DNA of 56,801 nucleotides from an uncultured Acidimicrobiia bacterium (lineage in GTDB: Bacteria; Actinomycetota; Acidimicrobiia; Spongiisociales; UBA4744). Made by a program: the position numbers and the translations under genes. Numbering within the stretch: the stretch's first letter is position 1; the number at the start of each line of letters is the position of its first letter. The stretch spans positions 1 through 56,801 of the forward strand of contig CAZQMF010000005.1 in assembly GCA_964594235.1 (NCBI GenBank), in the 5' to 3' direction. The notes below the pieces were generated by a model, which worked only from the letters and a program-made list of their open reading frames with translations, was not told where the DNA came from and made no database searches. Positions 17,252 through 25,261 of the stretch are shown in pieces.

Positions 17252-18010
17252 TCAACTGCTCCCGACCAGAAACCGGCCCACCTCGTCAGCGACCTTGTCG
17301 GGCGCTTCACCAATCACAGCATGACCCGCTCCTTCCACCGTGACAAGCATCCCGCGTGGAGCTGCAGAGGCGATTCGCGTGCCGATCGCAACGTAGGCAG
17401 GGTCGAGTGCACCAGCGACGACCAGCACTGGCATCCGGAGCTCCCCCAGTCGGCCACCGAAGTATGGTTGAGAGCCCTGACCCATTCCGCGAAGCGCGGC
17501 TGCGAGCCCCGCTGTGCGGTTCTCGAGACGAAGCTTCCTGTCCCGTTCACACCACTCGGATCCACGACGGTGCAGGCCATCGAGCAACGGCTGAGCGAGC
17601 CAGCGATCGATGAACGGCTCGAGTCCCTCGCTCTCGATCCGGTCGGCGAGCACGGCGTCCGACTTCAGCCGATCTCTGCGCAGGCCTGGATCGGCGATTC
17701 CGGGGCTGGACGACACGAGGATCAGGTGAGATACCGACCGGGGATACTCGACGGCTACTCCCAACGCGATGCGCCCGCCCTGTGAGTAGCCGAGGAGGGG
17801 CCTGCGCTCGACGGTCTGCGCCACCGACCTCACGGCCGACTCGAAGGCGGGCGGAATGCCACCCGCTGCTCCATGGCCGGGCAGATCCGGTGCGTCCACC
17901 TGCCACGGAAGGAACGCAGCGAACTCCTCGAACATCCCTCCGTGCTGTGTGAAGCCATGCAACGCGACGATCGCCGGTTCGACGCCTGGGAATCTTCGAA
18001 CGGTTTCCAT
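17252..18010 (-). CDS. menH: SHCHC synthase (alpha/beta hydrolase)
   Basis: LHGFTQ, GYSQGGRIAL, FIDRWLAQPLL, LRGMGQGSQP, GAGHA; divergent from menD. Confidence 0.85.
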   Translation of the reverse strand: METVRRFPGVEPAIVALHGFTQHGGMFEEFAAFLPWQVDAPDLPGHGAAGGIPPAFESAVRSVAQTVERRPLLGYSQGGRIALGVAVEYPRSVSHLILVSSSPGIADPGLRRDRLKSDAVLADRIESEGLEPFIDRWLAQPLLDGLHRRGSEWCERDRKLRLENRTAGLAAALRGMGQGSQPYFGGRLGELRMPVLVVAGALDPAYVAIGTRIASAAPRGMLVTVEGAGHAVIGEAPDKVADEVGRFLVGSS

Positions 18011-18018
18011 CGCCTGTA

Positions 18019-19656
18019 TTGTTGCTCCCCGTGAACGACAGCGCCTATCAGGCGGCCGCCCTATTCGTCGATGCGCTCGCACGACTCGGGCTTCGCCACG
18101 CGTGCGTCACGCCCGGATCTCGAAGCACTCCCCTCGCCCTGGCGTTCGCCGAGCATCCTGACGTCGCCGACTGGATCCACCACGACGAACGGTCATCGGC
18201 GTTCTTTGCCCTCGGAATCGCGAAAGTGACTCGAACTCCCGCCGCGATCATCACCACATCCGGCACAGCTGCGGCCGAACTCCTCCCTGCTGCCGTCGAA
18301 GCACGCCACGCGGGGGTTCCCCTGCTCTTGCTCACCGCCGACCGGCCCCCCGAGCTCAGAGGAATCGGCACTCCGCAGACGATCGACCAGGTGAACCTGT
18401 TTGCGAACGCGACCCGAATGTCGCTCGATGTCCTCCTGGTGGACATGCCTACGGGAGAAGTCGAGGCGCTCGCCGTGACGGCGTGGAGTGAGGCGGTGCG
18501 AAGACCCCGTCGCCCCGTCCACATCAACATGGCATTCCGAGAACCCTTCGTACCCACGACACTCGACCGACCCAGGGCGTCGGTGACTCCGACGCGAACA
18601 ACCGATCCCGTCCTCGAGGAGGACGAGCTCCGCGAGATGTCATCGATGCTCGGTGCGAAGCGTGCCCTGACGATTGCCGGCCCAATCGACGAGCCGGGGT
18701 TCCCCGACCATGTTCTCGCGTTGGCGACGACCTCCGGGTGGCCGATCGTCGCGGACCCTCTGAGCCAGCTCCGGAGCAAGGTTTCCGATCTCGTCCTCGA
18801 TGCCGGGGACGCCCTGTTTGCCGCCGGTCGTCTGCCGGCGAAGCCCGAGGTGATCGTCCGGCTCGGGGCAACGGTCACGTCGAAGGCGATCTCCTCCTGG
18901 CTGGCGGATCATCGGAAGATTCCACAGGTCGTCGTCGACGAAGAAGGTCGGGACGCGTCGCGCAGCGCAGCGAAGGTTCTCTCCATCGACCCGATCACGT
19001 TCGTTCGTTCACTCCAAGTGGAGCCGGCCCCCGACGAGTGGGCCGACCAGTGGACGGACGCCGACCGGCGAGCACGCGCCGCGCTTCGAGGATCACCATT
19101 TCCTTCGGAACCAGCGGTGGTCGAGATCCTTGCCGAGTGCCTCCCCATCGAGTCGGTGCTCTTCGTGGCATCGTCCATGCCGATTCGCAATGTCGACCGA
19201 TACCTTTCACGGGTCGATGCCCGCGTCCTGTCCAACAGGGGCGCAAACGGGATCGACGGCCTGATCTCATCTGCACTGGGTGTCGCAGCGACGGGGCGGC
19301 GCACATTCGTACTGGCCGGTGATCTCTCGTTGTTGCATGACGTAGGTTCCCTTGCGACTGCCGTTCGACTCGACCTTCCGATCACGATCGTCGTCGTGAA
19401 CAACGATGGCGGCGGGATCTTCTCGTTCCTCCCCCAGGTGGCGCTTCCCCGCCACTTCGAGCGTGTCTTCGGCACACCCCACGGCCTCTCGTTCGTGCCC
19501 ATCGCCGACGCATTCGGGCTCCGCGCCGTGCACGCCGACACCGCCGATCGGCTGGCATCGGAACTCGCCCTACCAGGCCTCATAGAGGTGACGACCGACA
19601 GGGCTCGCGAAGTCGAGCTGCAGGCAAGAGCCCTCGAGAGAGTCGCGTCGTCGTAG
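18019..19656 (+). CDS. menD: SEPHCHC synthase (ThDP-dependent)
   Basis: PGSRSTPL, DERSSAFFALG, TTSGTA, LTADRPPEL, SNRGANGIDG, GDLSLLHD, NNDGGGIF. Start may be GTG at 18031. Confidence 0.95.
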   Translation: MLLPVNDSAYQAAALFVDALARLGLRHACVTPGSRSTPLALAFAEHPDVADWIHHDERSSAFFALGIAKVTRTPAAIITTSGTAAAELLPAAVEARHAGVPLLLLTADRPPELRGIGTPQTIDQVNLFANATRMSLDVLLVDMPTGEVEALAVTAWSEAVRRPRRPVHINMAFREPFVPTTLDRPRASVTPTRTTDPVLEEDELREMSSMLGAKRALTIAGPIDEPGFPDHVLALATTSGWPIVADPLSQLRSKVSDLVLDAGDALFAAGRLPAKPEVIVRLGATVTSKAISSWLADHRKIPQVVVDEEGRDASRSAAKVLSIDPITFVRSLQVEPAPDEWADQWTDADRRARAALRGSPFPSEPAVVEILAECLPIESVLFVASSMPIRNVDRYLSRVDARVLSNRGANGIDGLISSALGVAATGRRTFVLAGDLSLLHDVGSLATAVRLDLPITIVVVNNDGGGIFSFLPQVALPRHFERVFGTPHGLSFVPIADAFGLRAVHADTADRLASELALPGLIEVTTDRAREVELQARALERVASS

Positions 19657-19658
19657 CG

Positions 19659-20786
19659 TCAGCCGGTCAGGACATCGAGGATCGCTGCGAGTTTCGCCTC
19701 GGTCTCGGCCACCTCGGCTGCCGGGATGGAATCCCGGACGATCCCGGCCCCCGCGTAGACCTGCGCGATCGAGCTACGAAACAGAGTCCCTCGGAGAGCG
19801 ATGATGGCCTCTCCGTCGCCGTTCTCATCCATCCAGCCCAGCGCTCCCGCGTACCACCCCCGGTCGAATGGCTCGTTCTCTTTGATGAAGAGGAGTGCAG
19901 CATCGGTTGGCGTGCCCGCAACGGCAGGGGTCGGGTGCAACGCCTGCGCGAGGTCGATGAGGCTGACGCCCGGGAGCGCCGTTCCAACGATCTCCGTCCC
20001 GAGGTGTTGAATGTTGGGCAGGCGAACCACCGATGGCGTGTCGGGGACGGCCAGCTCGGTCGTGACGGCCCTCAAGATGCGAGCGACCTCGTCGACGACG
20101 ATTCGATGTTCCTCGCCTTCCTTCGAAGCAGCGAGCAGTGCGATCGCGATCCGTTCGTCGTCATCATGCCCTGTCCCACGAGGGGCGCTCCCAGCGAGTG
20201 GGAACGACCGGACGGACGCGCCATGTCTCTCGATGAGCAGTTCCGGGCTGGCACCGAGAAACGCGGTCCCCTGCTCGATCCACCCGTAGAGGAACGTGTT
20301 CGGAAACCGTTCACCCATCGGGGCAAGAAGATCGAAGGGATGCCCGCGCTCCACGGCGACGTCGACCCGCCGAGCGAGCACGACCTTCGACAGCACGCCG
20401 GAGTCGATCTCGTCTATAGCTCGTCTGACGAGCCCGGCCCACTCATCCGCCGTGGGCACTTCGGCAACCACCCGACCTCTCGGCACATCGGGCGGCCCCG
20501 GCACACGAAGTGACTCGAGGAGACCCTCCGCACCGGGCGCGGTATGGACCCGAACCCCCTCGTCGTCCTTGACGACGGTTACCGCCGGAACCACGACGCT
20601 GCCGGCCGACTTCGGCTCGAAAGGAAGCACGAACATGCACCGTGGACCCTCGGGACGCGGCGTTCTCAGATCGGCGGAGCGCCACGCGACACCGATCCCG
20701 GCGAACTCCTCCCTGCCCCGGAAGTAGACAACCGGGTGCCCGGCCGCGGCCCCGGCCCTGGCTACGTCGAAGGGTTCCGGTTCCAC
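19659..20786 (-). CDS. menF: Isochorismate synthase
   Basis: KVVLARR, GASPELL, LAGSAPRG, KEGEEHRIVV, LHPTPAVAG, RGWYAG, AGAGIVRDS. Start uncertain. Confidence 0.88.
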   Translation of the reverse strand: MEPEPFDVARAGAAAGHPVVYFRGREEFAGIGVAWRSADLRTPRPEGPRCMFVLPFEPKSAGSVVVPAVTVVKDDEGVRVHTAPGAEGLLESLRVPGPPDVPRGRVVAEVPTADEWAGLVRRAIDEIDSGVLSKVVLARRVDVAVERGHPFDLLAPMGERFPNTFLYGWIEQGTAFLGASPELLIERHGASVRSFPLAGSAPRGTGHDDDERIAIALLAASKEGEEHRIVVDEVARILRAVTTELAVPDTPSVVRLPNIQHLGTEIVGTALPGVSLIDLAQALHPTPAVAGTPTDAALLFIKENEPFDRGWYAGALGWMDENGDGEAIIALRGTLFRSSIAQVYAGAGIVRDSIPAAEVAETEAKLAAILDVLTG

Positions 20787-20796
20787 GGCGGGCAGT

Positions 20797-21576
20797 CTAC
20801 GAGTCGAAGTACCCGACGATCTCATCGGCCACCAAACCGGGCCGTTCCATCGGAAGGAAGTGCGACGCGCCGGCAACGATCTCGTAGCGGGCGTTGGGCA
20901 TTCGTCTGGTCAGAGCGGCGGTCGACGCGTCGCTGAGCGTCGTGGAGTTCTCCCCGGCGAGTACAAGTACAGGACACCCAACTTCGTCGAGTCGGTCGTA
21001 CAGGCCGTGCGCTGTCGCGGCTCGGTACACCTCGGCCTCCACTTCCGGCCTGCACTTGAGCCACCAGCGGCCGTCTCGCTCGACGAATCCTCCGTCGACG
21101 TAGGCGGCGAGGACATCGGGACTCCAGGACGCAAAGGGGTCTTTGCCCCGGTAGTTGTCGATGATGGCCTCGCGGCTATGGAATCCGTCCCGCCGCCGCA
21201 GCGCGCCTTCGGCAAGAGGAATGTGCTCCATTCTCCTGTACGGCGGGGGGAAGATGATCGGTTCGATAACGACGAGCGCCTTGAACCGGCCGGGTCGTAG
21301 CACCTCCGCCATGAGCAGTGTTGCTCCTCCCATCGAGTGGCCCACCCCGATTGGGTGACCATCGAACGGTTCGAGGACGTCCAGCGCGTGGCGAGCGAAG
21401 GACCACCAGTCCGCCGGGGGAACGAACCCGTTGGCATCGCCGTGACCGGGGGCGTCCCAGGCGGTGAACGGTCGCCCGGCGAGCTGTTCTCCGACCGGCC
21501 CCCACACCTCCTTGCAGAATCCGGTCGCGTGGGCGAACGCGACGAACTCGGAGTTCACTCTCGTCTCAACCGTCAT
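20797..21576 (-). CDS. Alpha/beta hydrolase
   Basis: HATGF, DAPGHG, nucleophile elbow GHSMGG, C-terminal HFLPME. Confidence 0.88.
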   Translation of the reverse strand: MTVETRVNSEFVAFAHATGFCKEVWGPVGEQLAGRPFTAWDAPGHGDANGFVPPADWWSFARHALDVLEPFDGHPIGVGHSMGGATLLMAEVLRPGRFKALVVIEPIIFPPPYRRMEHIPLAEGALRRRDGFHSREAIIDNYRGKDPFASWSPDVLAAYVDGGFVERDGRWWLKCRPEVEAEVYRAATAHGLYDRLDEVGCPVLVLAGENSTTLSDASTAALTRRMPNARYEIVAGASHFLPMERPGLVADEIVGYFDS

Positions 21577-22201
21577 CCACGTCGAAGGCGACGTGAGACT
21601 CCAGCCTGACCACGCCGTCGATGCGACGAATCAGCGCCTCCAGGAGCCGCGCGTCGGTCGCGGTCGGCGCGGTACCGGAGATCGTCACCACCCCGTTCGC
21701 GACATCGACATCGAGCGAGTTCGCTTCCAAGAGGAGCACTCGTTTGACGATGTCTTCGCGGATCTCGTCTTCGATCACGTCGTCGGGTCGCGTGAATACG
21801 GCCACCACGTCGGCCCTGCTGATGATTCCGACCAGCGCTCCGCTCGAGTCGACCACAGGAAGCCTCTTCACGTGGTGGTGTGCCATCACACGGGCGGCTT
21901 CCGTGACAGTCGCTTCGGGAAAGATGACGACCGGTTCGCGCGTCATCACCTCACCAACCGTTTCGGCATCGACGATCGGACCGCGCTCTTCGATCATTGC
22001 ACTGAGGAGTCGCCGCTGAGGTCGATCCGCTTCCCTCTCGAGGAAGTCCGCCTCGGTGATGATTCCGACCAGCGTGCCCGATTCGTCGACGACTGGGAGT
22101 CCGCTGACACCGGCTCCGACCATCACGCGGGCAGCCTCCTTGAGGTAGGTCGATGGCGTGGTCGTGATCACATCGATGGTCATGATGTCGAGGACCCTCA
22201 C
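21566..22201 (-). CDS. CBS-domain pair plus C-terminal BON domain protein
   Basis: VSGLPVVD..GIITEAD and VKRLPVVD..GIISRAD, then DVDVANGVVTISG. GTG overlaps the USP stop (GTGA). Confidence 0.9.
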   Translation of the reverse strand: MRVLDIMTIDVITTTPSTYLKEAARVMVGAGVSGLPVVDESGTLVGIITEADFLEREADRPQRRLLSAMIEERGPIVDAETVGEVMTREPVVIFPEATVTEAARVMAHHHVKRLPVVDSSGALVGIISRADVVAVFTRPDDVIEDEIREDIVKRVLLLEANSLDVDVANGVVTISGTAPTATDARLLEALIRRIDGVVRLESHVAFDVDDG

Positions 22202-22629
22202 GTGCACGGTCCCTTCACCACGAGCACATCGCACGAGGAAAGGTGCACGACCCTGTGGCTCGTGCTACCCAACACGAGCGCTGCGAGTTCGCCCCGTCCT
22301 CTCGATCCGACGACGATGAGCTCAGCCTCGACCTTCTTGGCGTACTCGACGAGCGCATCCGCCGGATATCCGTCCAGGTCGACCTTGTGGATGTCCACCG
22401 AGGTATCGACAATCAGTGGATCGACGACACTCCATACGAGTTCCCGCTGCGACTGCACCAATGTTGAGAGATCGGCCGGCACCTGACTCAGCGCTCCGAG
22501 CAGGCTGCTCGGGATGTGCGATACGTGCACGACATGGAGATCGGTCCCTCGAGACTCGGCAAACTCCACCGCTCGTCGAACCGCGAGAAGCGAGTGCTCC
22601 GATCCGTCCGTCCCAACGACGATACTCAT
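22198..22629 (-). CDS. Universal stress protein (UspA family)
   Basis: IVVGTDGSEHS, LIVVGSRGRG, LGSTSHRVVH; start MSIVVG overlaps the response-regulator stop. Confidence 0.93.
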   Translation of the reverse strand: MSIVVGTDGSEHSLLAVRRAVEFAESRGTDLHVVHVSHIPSSLLGALSQVPADLSTLVQSQRELVWSVVDPLIVDTSVDIHKVDLDGYPADALVEYAKKVEAELIVVGSRGRGELAALVLGSTSHRVVHLSSCDVLVVKGPCT

Positions 22630-23294
22630 GACTCCTCCCACTGTTCCGGCGGATACTCCCGCTCGCGTTTGGCCGCGAGTCGTGCCGAGTAGGCCGCAGC
22701 TTCCGTCCTGCGTGTCATTCCGAGCTTGTTCAGAAGGTTCGACACATAGTTCTTGACCGTCTTCTCGGCGAGGAACAGCTCTTCTGCGATCTCCTTGTTC
22801 GTGAGGCCCTCTGAGATCAAGTCGAGGATCTTGCGCTCCTGGGGCGACAGCCTCGCCACGAGCGGATCGGTTGGTTCGTCGCCACGGATCCGACGGAAGA
22901 CATGTTCGGTCATCGTCGGGTCGAGGAGCGACTCGCCGGCGCCGACTCGGCGGATGCTGTCGATCAGCTGGCGAGCATCGACGCGCTTGAGGACGTAGCC
23001 CGACGCACCGGCCATGATCGACGCGAACAGAGCCTCTTCGTCGGCGAATGACGTCAGCATCAGCACGCGCACGTCCGGCCAGCGTGAACGGATCTCTCTG
23101 CACGCCTCGATGCCGGTCCCGTCTGGCAAACGCACATCCATGACGACCACTTCCGGCCGGTCGTACCCCACACGGCGAATGGCCGATTCGACGGTGCCCG
23201 CCTCGCCGACGACCTCGAGGCCGTCCTCTCCGCCGAGCAGCGTCACCAGACCCTTTCTCACGATCTCGTGGTCATCGACGATCAGAATCCGCAC
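22626..23294 (-). CDS. dosR: DosR/DevR-like NarL-family response regulator
   Basis: VDDHEIVRKGL, DVRLPDG, LTSF, GASGYVLK, GESLLDP. HTH EGLTNKEIA..FLAEKTVKNYVS carries the same recognition helix as M. tuberculosis DevR. Confidence 0.85.
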   Translation of the reverse strand: MRILIVDDHEIVRKGLVTLLGGEDGLEVVGEAGTVESAIRRVGYDRPEVVVMDVRLPDGTGIEACREIRSRWPDVRVLMLTSFADEEALFASIMAGASGYVLKRVDARQLIDSIRRVGAGESLLDPTMTEHVFRRIRGDEPTDPLVARLSPQERKILDLISEGLTNKEIAEELFLAEKTVKNYVSNLLNKLGMTRRTEAAAYSARLAAKREREYPPEQWEES

Positions 23295-23330
23295 ATGTCC
23301 TCCTTACCTTTTCAGGCTACCGGGTCGGGC

Positions 23331-23491
23331 GGTCTTGGGTTCTCGGTCTTGGGTTCTCGGTAAGAGGGATCCCTTCGCTCGCCCTTCTGAGTTCATGGTT
23401 CTCGGTCTTCGATGAGACCGTCGCTGTCCCGTGGACTCGTGGTCTCCGGGATCGCGCTCCTACCCACAACCGACAACCGAGAACCCAAGAC
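23331..23491. repeat. Heptamer-armed repeat E4, followed by GC hairpin 23493-23511
   Basis: (GGTCTTG GGTTCTC)x2 GGT ... ACCCACA ACCGACA ACCGAGA ACCCAAG AC; the arms share a 16-nt perfect complement. Confidence 0.85.
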
Positions 23492-23531
23492 GGGGCGGGC
23501 TCCGCCCGCCCTGGCACTAGCCTGATCGACA

Positions 23532-24647
23532 ATGACGCGGCCCATGATCCCCGCCTCGCGGCTCTCCGACCTGATCGGTGCGGCAGCACGTGTCACCGGT
23601 CAGACCGAACTCACCGCAGTCCTGGAGACGGTGGTGGCAACTGCCATGGACCTGACGGGAGCACCGTACGGCGCCCTCGGCGTCGTCAGCGAGAACGGCC
23701 AGCTCATCCAGTTCGTCCATCAGGGCATGCCCGAGAAGATCGCTGAGCTGATCGGTGCACCTCCGAAGGGTCGGGGTCTGCTCGGTGCGGTTACATGGCA
23801 GCCAAACCCGATCCGGCTCGAGAATGCCCAATCCCACCCTCGTGCCAGCGGCTTTCCCAAGCATCATCCGCAGCTCGACGGCTTTCTCGGTGTCTCGATC
23901 CGCATCGGCGGCGACGTATTCGGAAACCTGTATCTCGGAGCGTCGCAAGGAGGCTTCACAGAACAGGATGAGACGCTGATCCAGGCCCTCGCGCTCATCG
24001 CAGGGTCGGCGATCTCGACTCTCAGGCTGCAGGCGCGGCTTCGGAGGGCCGCCGTCCTGGAGGACCGTCAGCGCATCGCTCGGGACCTCCACGACTCCAT
24101 CATCCAGGACCTCTTCGCCGTCGGTCTGTCCCTCCAGGCTCTCACATCCCGCCTCTCCGACCCCGAGATGCGCACGAGCCTGGAGGAGGCCGCACTGCAT
24201 CTCGACGACTCGATCACCGCGCTGCGACGGTTCATCTTCGATCTTCGTCCGGCCACCCTGGGCACGCGCAATCTCAAGGACGAGCTGTCGGAGCTGCTCG
24301 GACGCCTGGCCGTTCCCTACGAAGCAAGCATCGGCATCGGCGTGACCGGTCCAGTCGACGACCTCGTTCCGGAACTGGTCGACAACGTTCTCCAGATCAC
24401 GAGGGAAGCGGTGAGCAACGCGTTGCGCCACTCGGGAGCGGACGTGGTGAGTATCTCCGTCAGTCGAGGCATCGATCGGCTCGTATTGACGGTCGTCGAC
24501 AAGGGCAAGGGCTTCGACATCGAATCGATCGCCCGCGGCATGGGTCTCGACAACATCCGGAGCCGCGCCGAGACGGCAGGGGGCGAGGCCGACGTGGAGA
24601 GCAAGGTTGGTGAGGGGACCACCGTTCGGGTGGTGCTTCCTCTCTAG
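23532..24647 (+). CDS. DosS/DosT-like sensor kinase: single heme-type GAF + HisKA_3 + HATPase
   Basis: YGALGV, GFPKHHP, FGNLYL (DosS GAF-A motifs); IARDLHDSIIQ H-box; EAVSNALRH, VVDKGKGF, GMGLDNI. Confidence 0.88.
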   Translation: MTRPMIPASRLSDLIGAAARVTGQTELTAVLETVVATAMDLTGAPYGALGVVSENGQLIQFVHQGMPEKIAELIGAPPKGRGLLGAVTWQPNPIRLENAQSHPRASGFPKHHPQLDGFLGVSIRIGGDVFGNLYLGASQGGFTEQDETLIQALALIAGSAISTLRLQARLRRAAVLEDRQRIARDLHDSIIQDLFAVGLSLQALTSRLSDPEMRTSLEEAALHLDDSITALRRFIFDLRPATLGTRNLKDELSELLGRLAVPYEASIGIGVTGPVDDLVPELVDNVLQITREAVSNALRHSGADVVSISVSRGIDRLVLTVVDKGKGFDIESIARGMGLDNIRSRAETAGGEADVESKVGEGTTVRVVLPL

Positions 24648-24665
24648 GCGGGGCTCCGCCCCGCC

Positions 24666-24817
24666 GGTGATGGGTCATGGGTCGTCAGTTCTCGGTGAGA
24701 ACGCGACCTGATTAACCACGAGACCGCCGAGCGACAACCGTTTTGTCGGAAACCCATAGCCCAAAACGGCCGAAGCGAGGCTCCTACCGAAAACTGAGAA
24801 CCGACAACCGAGAACCG
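24666..24817. repeat. Heptamer-armed repeat E5, preceded by GC hairpin 24647-24665
   Basis: GGTGATG GGTCATG GGTCGTC AGTTCTC GGT-GAGAACGCGACC ... GCTCCT-ACCGAAA ACTGAGA ACCGACA ACCGAGA ACCG. Confidence 0.85.
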
Positions 24818-24840
24818 CGAGCGGAGCTCGGCTCGGGAGG

Positions 24841-24859
24841 TACCCCCACGGAGTATCAT
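24841..24859 (+). promoter_or_regulatory. CsoR-family operator (TAC-N9-GTA with C-tract) overlapping -10 TATCAT
   Basis: TACCCCCACGGAGTA directly upstream of the csoR-family gene; matches the known CsoR/CstR operator form. Confidence 0.6.
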
Positions 24860-24884
24860 TGGGGCACCTCGCAGAAGGACACTT

Positions 24885-25142
24885 ATGCAGCTCGATGAGC
24901 AATCACGGAACGCGGTTCTCCCTCGACTGCGCCGCATCGAGGGTCAGGTTTCAGGCATCATTCGCATGATCGAAGATGGGCGCGAGTGCACCGACATCAT
25001 CACGCAGGTGGCGGCAGCCTCGAAAGCGCTCGACAAGGTCGGCTTCAAACTGCTCGCAGCCAACCTGACCCGGTGCATTCTCGACGATCAGCAGGTCGAG
25101 GACACGGCAGCGCTCGAGAAGCTCTTCATGACCCTCGCCTAG
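24885..25142 (+). CDS. CsoR/RcnR/CstR-family repressor (Cys35-Asn60-Cys64)
   Basis: RLRRIEGQV.GI.RMIE.GREC.DI..Q.AA; C-terminal LEKLFMTLA; Asn replaces the Cu-ligand His. Confidence 0.9.
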   Translation: MQLDEQSRNAVLPRLRRIEGQVSGIIRMIEDGRECTDIITQVAAASKALDKVGFKLLAANLTRCILDDQQVEDTAALEKLFMTLA

Positions 25143-25203
25143 CGGTGAAAGTCGCCCCTTGGGGACTCGGGCATATCGACCGGTTCGACCCGACCGCTAT
25201 CCT
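25139..25203 (+). promoter_or_regulatory. Candidate nifJ promoter: -10 TATCCT with two degenerate DosR-like sites
   Basis: 25159-25178 begins TTGGGGACT (consensus left half); 25139-25158 ends AAAGTCGCCCC; TATCCT at 25198-25203. Confidence 0.35.
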
Positions 25204-25261
25204 TGCCTGGACTCGACCTGACCTGGGGTCGAGAGAACTGCATCAATGAGGAGGCCGAGAA

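Noticed and set aside
23740-23775. Apparent loss of the heme-ligand His in the kinase (IGAPPKG versus DosS IGHLPKG)
   Set aside because: Counting the DosS sequence places the ligand H149 in the later FPPYHP motif, which is conserved here as FPKHHP.
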